A stretch of DNA of 64,000 bases from Dehalococcoidia bacterium (GTDB lineage: Bacteria > Chloroflexota > Dehalococcoidia > Bin125): contig JAJDXE010000015.1 of assembly GCA_022825265.1 (NCBI GenBank), forward strand, positions 6,468 through 70,467, read 5' to 3'. The translations under genes and the position numbers were made by a program. The first letter of the stretch is position 1, and each line of letters begins with the position of its first letter. The notes beneath the pieces were generated by a model. That model was not told where the DNA came from, searched no databases, and was given only the letters and a program-made list of their open reading frames with translations. Positions 19,275 through 27,417 of the stretch are shown here, piece by piece.

Positions 19275-20486
19275 ATGCGCGGCGCACTTGTCCATCGAGT
19301 CTGGCAGCCCAGGACGGACACCCTCGCGCCGCGACGCTTTCGCCGACCGTGCGACTACGCGGCGTTCATCCCGGACGCGCTCGACGATGTCGCCTTCCGG
19401 CTGCCGGTCGATCTTGCCGCCGATCTGGCGGACGCGGAAGCCACGCTGCAGCGTCTGCAATATCCCGACGATCGGTTGCTCGACCCGCTCACCCATCTGC
19501 TGATGCGCAGCGAGTCGATCGCGTCTTCACGAATCGAAGGCATCCAGCTCGATGCCCGCGCGCTCGCCCGCGCCGAGGCGAGGCGGCGCGTCGGTCGGCG
19601 AGTCGGTTCGCGGGCAAGGGAAGTGATCGGCAACGTCGAGGCGATGCAGCTCGCGATCGGGCGCGCGGCGGCGGTGGAACGACTGGGTCCGCGCGAGTTG
19701 CTCGACATCCACGAGGTGCTCATGCGCGGCCACCTGCGGACGGCGGGGCAGCTGCGCACGGTGCAGAACTGGATCGGCGGCAACGACTACAACCCGTGCG
19801 GCGCCGACTTCGTGCCTCCGCCGCCCGAGCAGGTGCCGGCTCTGATTGAGAACCTGTGCGAGTTCTGCAACTCCGACCAGACGCCGCCGCTGTTTCAGGC
19901 GGCGGTTGCGCACGCGCAGTTCGAGACGATTCACCCCTTTGACGACGGCAACGGACGCACCGGGCGGGCGCTGATCCATATCCTCTTGCGCCGCCGCGGG
20001 CTGGCCCCGCGCGTGACGCCGCCGGTCAGCGTGGCGCTCTCCCACGCCGGGGACGCCTACATCCGAGGACTGACTTCGTACCGCGACGACAACCTCGTAG
20101 AGTGGCTCGGCACACTCGCCGTGGCTGTCCTGAGCAGCGTGGCGCTGGCCGAGCGATATCGGACCTCCGTCGCCGAACTGGCGGCAGACTGGCGGCAGCG
20201 GCTACGCGATCGCGCGAATCCCCGTGCGGACGCCGCCGCCTGGCTCATCCTCGATCAACTTCCCGCTTACCCCGTCCTGAATCGGGCCGACGCAGCGGAG
20301 TTCAGCGGTCGCTCGCTGCCGGCGGTCGATCACGGCCTGCGGCAACTCGAGGCCGCCGGCGTCCTCGTCCCGATTCATGATCAGCCGCCCAGCCGCCGCA
20401 GCTGGGAGCCGTCGGGACTGCTCGATCTGATCATCCGGCTCGACTCACAGCCGACGTTCGGCCGCCGTGTCGGACTAGTCCCCTAG
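19275..20486 (+). CDS. fic: Fic family protein (class II, with N-terminal inhibitory helix motif and C-terminal winged-helix region)
   Basis: Fic core HPFDDGNGRTGRAL. Upstream SSRIEG fits the (S/T)xxxE(G/N) autoinhibitory motif. Confidence 0.9.
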   Translation: MRGALVHRVWQPRTDTLAPRRFRRPCDYAAFIPDALDDVAFRLPVDLAADLADAEATLQRLQYPDDRLLDPLTHLLMRSESIASSRIEGIQLDARALARAEARRRVGRRVGSRAREVIGNVEAMQLAIGRAAAVERLGPRELLDIHEVLMRGHLRTAGQLRTVQNWIGGNDYNPCGADFVPPPPEQVPALIENLCEFCNSDQTPPLFQAAVAHAQFETIHPFDDGNGRTGRALIHILLRRRGLAPRVTPPVSVALSHAGDAYIRGLTSYRDDNLVEWLGTLAVAVLSSVALAERYRTSVAELAADWRQRLRDRANPRADAAAWLILDQLPAYPVLNRADAAEFSGRSLPAVDHGLRQLEAAGVLVPIHDQPPSRRSWEPSGLLDLIIRLDSQPTFGRRVGLVP

Positions 20487-20525
20487 ACTGGCGCTGCCAA
20501 CCTCTACGTTCCAGGAGACCATCCG

Positions 20526-21407
20526 ATGACCGACTTTGAGAACATCCTCTACCGCGTCGAGGACCGCAAGGCCTACGTCACGCTCAACCGTCCGGAGAAG
20601 CTGAACGCGCTCTCGATCGCCCTGCAGGACGAGTTGTCCCAGGCGATGTGGGAGGCGGACAACGACACCGCCGTCCACTGCGTCATCCTGAGCGGCGCCG
20701 GGCGCGCGTTCTCCGCCGGATACGACCTGACCGGCTCAACCCGCGACTCGCAGGAGACCTACGACAAGGTCTACCGCGGCCGGGTCACGTTCGACGACGA
20801 CACCTGGGGCATGGAGAAGGCGCAGCGCGCGCGCATGGCGATCTTCGACATGCACAAGCCGGTGATCGGCAAGGTGCACGGCTACTGCCTCGCCGGCGGG
20901 ACCGACCTGGTCCTGCTCTCCGACATCATCATCGCCGCCGAGGACGCGGTGATCGGCTTCCCGCCGGTTCGCGCGATGGGCGCGCCGCCGGCGCACATGT
21001 GGCTCTACCACGGCGGTCCGCAATTCGCCAAGCGCATGCTGCTGACCGGCGACAGCATCTCGGGCGCCGAAGCGGCCCAGCGCGGTCTCGTTTACGACGC
21101 CGTGCCCGCCGATCGACTGGACGAAGAGGTCGAAGAGCTGGCCAACAAGATGGCGATGATCGACCACGAGCTGCTCTCGGCCAATAAGCGGATTGTCAAC
21201 CTCGGCCTCGAGATCATGGGCGCCCGGACGCTGCAACGCCTCGCCTCCGAGAACGACGCCCGCGCGCACCTCGCGCCGGCGGTCCAGGAATTCGGCAAGA
21301 TGTCGCGCGAGAAGGGCCTCAAAGCAGCCCTCGAGTGGCGCGACAACCGCTTCGGCGACGGTCGCGGCTCGGCGGCGGCCCAGCAGCGCAAAGCCGCGGC
21401 GACCTAA
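20526..21407 (+). CDS. enoyl-CoA hydratase/isomerase family protein
   Basis: Crotonase fold (YVTLNRPEKLNAL...AGYDL...GYCLAGG). Confidence 0.9.
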   Translation: MTDFENILYRVEDRKAYVTLNRPEKLNALSIALQDELSQAMWEADNDTAVHCVILSGAGRAFSAGYDLTGSTRDSQETYDKVYRGRVTFDDDTWGMEKAQRARMAIFDMHKPVIGKVHGYCLAGGTDLVLLSDIIIAAEDAVIGFPPVRAMGAPPAHMWLYHGGPQFAKRMLLTGDSISGAEAAQRGLVYDAVPADRLDEEVEELANKMAMIDHELLSANKRIVNLGLEIMGARTLQRLASENDARAHLAPAVQEFGKMSREKGLKAALEWRDNRFGDGRGSAAAQQRKAAAT

Positions 21408-21412
21408 TCGCC

Positions 21413-22219
21413 ATGGCCACGCCCGAACGATTCCGACTCGACGGACAGGTCGTCCTACTGACCGGAGCGGGACGCGGGCTCGGACGCGCCATGGCGTTGT
21501 CTTACGCCGACGCCGGCGCAAAAGTCGCCGGAGCCTCGCGGACGCTCTCGCAATTGGAGGAGACGGCCGAACTGGTCGCCGAGCGCGGCGGCGAAGCAAT
21601 CTCGATCGCGACGGACGTGACCGATGCATCGGCGGTTGAGGCCATGGTTGCGGAGACCATTGATCGCTTCGGCCGGGTTGACATCCTGATGAACAATGCC
21701 GGCGGCGGCGCTGAGGGCGATGGTTCACCACTTGAGCAGCTGACTGACGAGCAGTGGCGCTGGGGCATCGACATGAACCTCACGTCGCAAATGCTCTGCG
21801 CTCGTACCGTGTTGCCTCATATGACTGAACGCGGCTCCGGCGTGATCATCAACGTGGCCAGCGGCTTCGGCCTGCGCGGCGGGCGCGATAACTGGATGTA
21901 CGTCTCGGCCAAGGCTGGGGTCGTCAACTTCACCCGCTCGCTGGCGGTCACCTATGGACCGGCGGGTGTCCGCACGAACTGCATCGCACCGGGCATCTTT
22001 CCCCACACGCCTCAAGCATTGGAGCGTTGGCGAGGCGGACGCTACATCCCGGTCGGCCGAGCAGGCGTGGCCTGGGAGATGGGACCGCTGGCCGTATTCC
22101 TCTCCTCCGACGCGGCGGCCGGGATCAGCGGCGAGACGATCGCCCAGGACGGCGGCGGCCTGGCGGCCATCGGTCCCACCGGCTGGGCGCCCCGCGTGCG
22201 CCTGACCGAGCCGACCTAG
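21413..22219 (+). CDS. SDR family oxidoreductase
   Basis: Internal start MATPERF, 6 nt after the previous stop. LTGAGRGLG and NNAG motifs. Confidence 0.85.
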   Translation: MATPERFRLDGQVVLLTGAGRGLGRAMALSYADAGAKVAGASRTLSQLEETAELVAERGGEAISIATDVTDASAVEAMVAETIDRFGRVDILMNNAGGGAEGDGSPLEQLTDEQWRWGIDMNLTSQMLCARTVLPHMTERGSGVIINVASGFGLRGGRDNWMYVSAKAGVVNFTRSLAVTYGPAGVRTNCIAPGIFPHTPQALERWRGGRYIPVGRAGVAWEMGPLAVFLSSDAAAGISGETIAQDGGGLAAIGPTGWAPRVRLTEPT

Positions 22220-22229
22220 GGAGCCAGCG

Positions 22230-23036
22230 ATGTCAGACTTCGTCCCGACTCCCAATCCCGAAGAACCGCGGGATCCGTTCCTGCTCAAGGACCGCGCCGC
22301 GCTCGTCGTCGGCGCCGGCGATCCGTTGGGCCGCGCCTCGGCGGTCGCGCTGGCCGAGGCCGGTGCCGATGTCGCCGTGGCGACCCTTCGCGCCGGTCCG
22401 CAGGAAGTGGTGCGCGTCAACTCCGTCGCCAACGAGATCTGGTCCCTGGGCCGGGCCAACGCCGCGATCACCCTGGATGCGACAGATTCGAACAGCGTCG
22501 ATGCCGCCGTCGCTCGCGCCAGTTCCGAGTTGGGCCGACTCGACATCCTCGTCAACGCCGCCGACCTGCCCGTCGCCGCCCCCCTGGACGAACTCACGCC
22601 CGACGACTGGCACGCGATCCTCGACGCCAATCTCCTCGCCCCGGCGATGACCGCGCGAGCGGCTGCGCGAGTGATGAAGGTCAACGGCTACGGGCGGATC
22701 ATCAACCTGGTCTCGGTGCTGGCCGCCCGAGGCGTCGCCAACACCTCGCCCTACGCCGCCGCCCACGCCGGAGTCCTCGCATTGACCCGGGCCCTCTCGC
22801 AGGAATGGGCGCGTTCCGGGATCACGGTGAACGCGCTGCAGGTTGGCATCTACGAGGGCCAGCACGGCTTCGGCGACGACCCCGAGACCGTCCGTCAGGT
22901 GGCGCGGATGCTGCCGGCCAAGGAGCTGGTCAAGCCCGAGGATGTCGGTCCCGCCGTCGTCGCGCTCGCCGCCGACTCCGGCTTCATCACCGGCGAGATC
23001 ATCGCCGTCGACGGCGCGGCGACCGCCCGCGTCTGA
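22230..23036 (+). CDS. SDR family oxidoreductase
   Basis: VVGAGDPLG glycine motif, SDR core. Tandem to 21413-22219. Confidence 0.85.
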   Translation: MSDFVPTPNPEEPRDPFLLKDRAALVVGAGDPLGRASAVALAEAGADVAVATLRAGPQEVVRVNSVANEIWSLGRANAAITLDATDSNSVDAAVARASSELGRLDILVNAADLPVAAPLDELTPDDWHAILDANLLAPAMTARAAARVMKVNGYGRIINLVSVLAARGVANTSPYAAAHAGVLALTRALSQEWARSGITVNALQVGIYEGQHGFGDDPETVRQVARMLPAKELVKPEDVGPAVVALAADSGFITGEIIAVDGAATARV

Positions 23037-23047
23037 CGCCTCTCTGG

Positions 23048-24034
23048 CTAAGCGCCCATCAGTAGCGACCTCGTCGCCGCCTCGATCCGTTCGCGCTCCG
23101 GAACGCAATCCAGCCAGCGCTGCGGAATCGCCGATGCGCCATTGCGGGCGCCCAGCACTGCCCCGGCAACGGCCGCATTGGTGTCGGTGTCGCCGCCAGC
23201 ATTGACGATTCGGATTAGCGCTTCTTCGAGGCTGTCGCCCGTGTCGAGGCACCAGAGCGCTGCTTGCATGCAGAGGTAGGTGTGGCCGCTGACTCGTTCC
23301 TCGGCGATCCGTTCGTCGATCGCGTCGGGAATGGCCAGGGTCCAGGCGATCAACTCCGCCGGCGCGCCATCCTGGGTGGCGGCGAAGATCAGATCGTCGC
23401 GACTCGGCTTGCCACCTCGGACCAGCATGGCGATCGCGGCATTGACCAGGATGCACGACCACTGCGCTCCCGGCGCGAAATGAGTCACCGCGCACGTCGC
23501 AGCCGTCTGCTCGATCAGCCTGTCCGGATCCAGCGCATGCATGAGCGCCACCGGAGCGCAACGCATCAGCGCCCCGTTCGGTTGCGTCTCGGGACTGCCG
23601 TGCTCCCGCCAGAACGCCTGCGCGGCGCCCGGAGCGCCGAGACCGACTTCCAGGTAGTCGATCACCGTCGAGGTCATGATCCCGATGCCGCGGCCGTTCT
23701 CGGACCGCCATTTGACCAGCCGATCAGCGAAGCCTGAAACCGGATCTTGATCGTGCGCCAGCGCCTCGGCCAGTTCGACCGCCTGCGCGAGGTCATCGTC
23801 CATCGGACGACCCCGCTCCTTCGCGTTGATCTCGGTCATGCCGTCCGGATAGCTGCGCCGGATCGACGAGCGACTCGCCCCCTCCACCGGCAAGCCCAGC
23901 AGGTTCCCCACCGCCAGACCAAGCAGAACACCGTGCGCCCGGTCCTCATCCACCACCCCAACCGGATCTGAGCCCAGCAACTCGGCCAGACGCGGCGCCT
24001 CGCGGACAACTCCCGGATCCTCGATCGTTGACAT
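23048..24034 (-). CDS. ADP-ribosylglycohydrolase family protein
   Basis: Signature GDTDTNAAVAGAVLGA and an N-terminal GLAVGNLLGLPVE block. Confidence 0.85.
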   Translation of the reverse strand: MSTIEDPGVVREAPRLAELLGSDPVGVVDEDRAHGVLLGLAVGNLLGLPVEGASRSSIRRSYPDGMTEINAKERGRPMDDDLAQAVELAEALAHDQDPVSGFADRLVKWRSENGRGIGIMTSTVIDYLEVGLGAPGAAQAFWREHGSPETQPNGALMRCAPVALMHALDPDRLIEQTAATCAVTHFAPGAQWSCILVNAAIAMLVRGGKPSRDDLIFAATQDGAPAELIAWTLAIPDAIDERIAEERVSGHTYLCMQAALWCLDTGDSLEEALIRIVNAGGDTDTNAAVAGAVLGARNGASAIPQRWLDCVPERERIEAATRSLLMGA

Positions 24035-24123
24035 CGCATCCGCAGCCTATCCAGTCGCCGCTTCGACCGCGCTCCATTGCCAGTTACTCTTAGCCCGAAA
24101 CCGGCACGCCGAGGAAGACACCC

Positions 24124-25563
24124 ATGACCTTGCCCAATGATGCCTGGGGACTACCCCTGACGACCTCCGACGAAGCCGCCGAGGCCTATCGACTGGGCGT
24201 CGACCGGATGCTCTCCTACTCACTCGGCGTCGATGAAGCGCTGGGCCGGGCAATCGAACTGGATCCCGACTTCGCCCTGGCCCACTCGCAGCTCGGACTC
24301 TTCCATCTCTTCCGGGGCAACGCCAAGCGAGCCGCCGAACTCGCCAATCAAGCCCACGACCTCGCCGCCAAGGCCTCACCTCGTGAGCAGCGCCATGCCG
24401 CCATTCTCGGGGCAGCGGCGCGAGGCAAGGCGTCCGAGGCGCCGGCGTTGATCGATGAGCACCTCAACGACACCCCGCGCGACGCCCCAATCGTCCTGCA
24501 GTGGCTGGGTGGCAACTTCTACGGCGGCGGCGTCGAGAAGCGCGAGCGCATGCTGGACAAGTTCGACAGCCTCGCCCCGGCCTTCGGCGACGACTGGTGG
24601 TTCATGAGCTGGCACGCCTTCGCCAACCACGAGATGGACCAGCTCGAGACGGCCCGCATCCTGGTCCAGCGCTCGCTCGATCTGCGCCGACAGAACGGCC
24701 AGGCCGCCCACGCCATGTCCCACGTCTTCTTCGAGGAGCATGACCTGACCGGCGGCGCCGGATTCCTCGGCGACTGGCTCACCGACTTCCCCGAGCGGGC
24801 CGGCTTCTTCCGGCATCTGACCTGGCATCAGGCGTTGTTCCTGCTGGCCAACGGACGCCGATCCGACGCCCTCGCCCTCCACGACGAGACCATCCGACCT
24901 GGCGCAGACGAGCACGGCGACGCCCTCGGCGGAGTCGCCGACGCCGCCTCCCTGCTCTGGCGCTGCCGCCTGCACGACTCAGTCGGCGGGAACGGCGACG
25001 ATCATCCCGACTGGCGGGCGATCGCCGACCTCGCCGAATCCGCCTTTCCCCGGCCCGGCACTGCCTGGGTCGATGTCCATCGAGCACTGGCGCTGGCCGC
25101 CCTCGGCGACCAGATCGGCCTCGGCAATCTGCTCGACGGACTCAAAGAGGCCGCAGATCGCGGACACACGACCGCCGGCACCGTCGTCGCCCCGGTCGTC
25201 GAGGCGCTCTCCGCCTTCGGCCAGGGAGACTACGAATCCGCCGCCGACGGTCTCTCCGCTGTCCGCGACCTCCTCGTCACGCTGGGCGGCTCCAACGCGC
25301 AGCGAGACGTCTTCGAGGAAACCCTCGTCGAGGCGCGCCTCCGCGCCGGCCAAACCGAGCAAGCGATGCAATTGCTGCGGGAGCGCCTCGATCGCGGAGC
25401 CACCGCCCGCGATCTCTTCCGCTGGGGACGAGCCCAGACCGCGAAGGGCGAACTCGAAGAGGCCAAAACCGCATTCCGCCGAGCCGCCCAACTCTGGGCC
25501 GACGGCGACCCGGACGCTCCCGAAATGCGCGCCTTGCAAACCATGCAAGAGGCCGCCGCATGA
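24124..25563 (+). CDS. TPR-like helical repeat protein (hypothetical)
   Basis: 479 aa, all-helical, Ala/Leu-rich repeat pattern. No specific family recognised. Confidence 0.55.
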   Translation: MTLPNDAWGLPLTTSDEAAEAYRLGVDRMLSYSLGVDEALGRAIELDPDFALAHSQLGLFHLFRGNAKRAAELANQAHDLAAKASPREQRHAAILGAAARGKASEAPALIDEHLNDTPRDAPIVLQWLGGNFYGGGVEKRERMLDKFDSLAPAFGDDWWFMSWHAFANHEMDQLETARILVQRSLDLRRQNGQAAHAMSHVFFEEHDLTGGAGFLGDWLTDFPERAGFFRHLTWHQALFLLANGRRSDALALHDETIRPGADEHGDALGGVADAASLLWRCRLHDSVGGNGDDHPDWRAIADLAESAFPRPGTAWVDVHRALALAALGDQIGLGNLLDGLKEAADRGHTTAGTVVAPVVEALSAFGQGDYESAADGLSAVRDLLVTLGGSNAQRDVFEETLVEARLRAGQTEQAMQLLRERLDRGATARDLFRWGRAQTAKGELEEAKTAFRRAAQLWADGDPDAPEMRALQTMQEAAA

Positions 25564-25898
25564 CCTCCCAGCCGTCCGTTCCGCGACCCGATGTCATCGT
25601 CGAAGACGACGTCGAACGCGGCAGCGAACTGGAAAAGCGCTACCACCTCTTCCTCCACGACTCCGACGATCACACCTACGAATACGTGATCGACATGCTC
25701 GGCGGGGTCTTCGGCTACTCGAAGGAGAAAGCCTTCGCCATCGCCTCGATGATCGACGGGCACGGCCGGGGCATCGTCGAGACCGCTGACTACGAAACCG
25801 TCAAGAAGCACCAGGACCAGATCCACGGCTGGGGCCCCGACCCCAGAATCCCCCATTGCCGCGGCTCCCTCTCAGCCACAATCGAGGAAGCCCCCTGA
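25560..25898 (+). CDS. clpS: ATP-dependent Clp protease adaptor ClpS
   Basis: YHLFLHDSDDHTYEYVIDMLGGVFGYSKEKAFAIASMIDGHGRGIV matches the ClpS core. ATGA overlap with the upstream TPR gene. Confidence 0.85.
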   Translation: MTSQPSVPRPDVIVEDDVERGSELEKRYHLFLHDSDDHTYEYVIDMLGGVFGYSKEKAFAIASMIDGHGRGIVETADYETVKKHQDQIHGWGPDPRIPHCRGSLSATIEEAP

Positions 25899-25904
25899 TC
25901 CCCC

Positions 25905-25960
25905 ACTCTCCCCCGCGCAGCGGGGGGAGATGTCCCGTAGGGACAGAGGGGGCTCACTTA
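25905..25960. repeat. GC-rich REP-like double hairpin (CTCTCCCCCGCGCAGCGGGGGGAGA plus GTCCCGTAGGGAC)
   Basis: Two adjacent stem-loops with tri- to hexa-loops between clpS and the selenoprotein-B-like gene. Related to copies at 36961-37080, 48150-48250 and 61681-61740. Confidence 0.6.
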
Positions 25961-26015
25961 CGGCTGCAATCACCCCCAGCGGTTCCCTTAACATCCCCTC
26001 CAGTGGAGGTTCCCC

Positions 26016-27347
26016 ATGGTCCGACTCAGCGAACTGCATCCCGAAGAAGCCCAGCACATGCTCGGGCGCGCCGCGCTCCTGAAGCGAAGCAATTTCGACT
26101 TCGACGCGACCCCCTGGATCACGCCGAAACCGCTGCGCGATTCGCGCATCGCATTGATCTCGACCGCCGCCCTGCATCGACGCGACGATCCCGCCTTCCG
26201 CTTCGGCGACACCGGTTACCGGCTGATCCCCGACGACATCGACCCCGCCGAGCTCGTCCAGTCCCACATCAGCGTCAACTTCGACCGCACCCACTACCAG
26301 CGAGACCTCAACGTCGTCCTGCCCATCGACCGCATGCACGAACTCGCCGATGCCGGGGAGATCGGCGGCGTCTCGCCAGTTCACTTTTCCATCCTCGGAG
26401 CGACCGAGTCGTTCCTCTTCGAGCAGACCGCCGCCGAAATCGCCCGCCGGATGCACGATCTGGAAGTCGACACCGCCATGCTCGTCCCGGTTTGACCGGT
26501 CTGCACGGCCGCCGTCGGCGTCCTCTCGCACTTCCTCCAGCGCAACGGAATCGCCACCACCAGCATCAGCCTGATTCGCGAGCAGTCCGAGGCCGTCCGT
26601 CCGCCGCGGGCGCTCTGGGTGCCGTTCCCGCTCGGCCGTCCGCTCGGCGTAGCCGACAATCCCGAGTTCCAACGGGACGTTCTGCGCAGCGCCCTGCAAC
26701 TGCTCGAGACCGCTACCGAGCCCACCATCGCCGACTACCCGCACGAAGCGCCTGATGGCAACGGCGACGGCGTCTGGGCCTGCGCCATCGAGCTGCCCAC
26801 CCCCGAGATGAGCGAGCTCGAATCCTCGGTCCGGACCGAAGTCGATCTGCTCATGCCTCGCTACCAGGAGGCGCGACGCAGCCGCGGACGAACGACCTTC
26901 GGGATGAGCGGCGCGACCATCGACGAAATCGACAAGGTCGTCTCATTCGCGATCGCCATCGCCGAGGGTTCCGGATTCGAGCAGGTCCCCGCCGTCGCAT
27001 CCGGTCCGAACTGGAGACACAGAATGCCGATCCTCGTCCGCTTCGTCGTCGAGGACCTCCGCGCCCTCTATCAGGAGGCGGTCACCTCCGAAGCCGGCTC
27101 CCAACCCCCGTCCCAGCGAGACATCCACACCTGGATCTTCCAGGAGACCGCGCTCGGCCGTCTGCTCAAGCAGATCGCCCAGCAGATCACCGATCACGAC
27201 GATCCGCGACTCCGCCTGATGCGAGGCTTCATCATCCCCGAAGGCTTCTGGGAAGGAGATCACTCCTTCGGAGGAATCCCCGCCGGCATGACCGCCGACG
27301 AATACGTCCGCAGCATCCGCCCCTACCTGATCGGCGAGAACACCTGA
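26016..27347 (+). CDS. GrdB/PrdB-family (selenoprotein B-like) protein with in-frame TGA at 26493-26495, candidate selenocysteine codon
   Basis: Track ORFs 26016-26495 and 26619-27347 are in the same frame with no other stop between them. The sequence around the TGA (VDTAMLVPV-U-PVCTAAVG...GIATTSI...PRALWVPFPLGRPLG...NPEFQ) follows the conserved PrdB/GrdB pattern with UxxC at the Sec position. GGAGG RBS before the ATG. Confidence 0.6.
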
Positions 27348-27417
27348 ACTCGCACGGGGATTGCACTCCCGGTACGCTCCGACTACTTGAGCTCTGACCA
27401 GATATGGTGGAGTCGTT

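Noticed and set aside
26016-26495. Treating 26016-26495 and 26619-27347 as two separate small genes
   Set aside because: They share a frame with no other stop, and the PrdB/GrdB-like conserved blocks run continuously across the TGA, including a UxxC motif at the TGA. A single Sec-containing or mutated gene is the better explanation.
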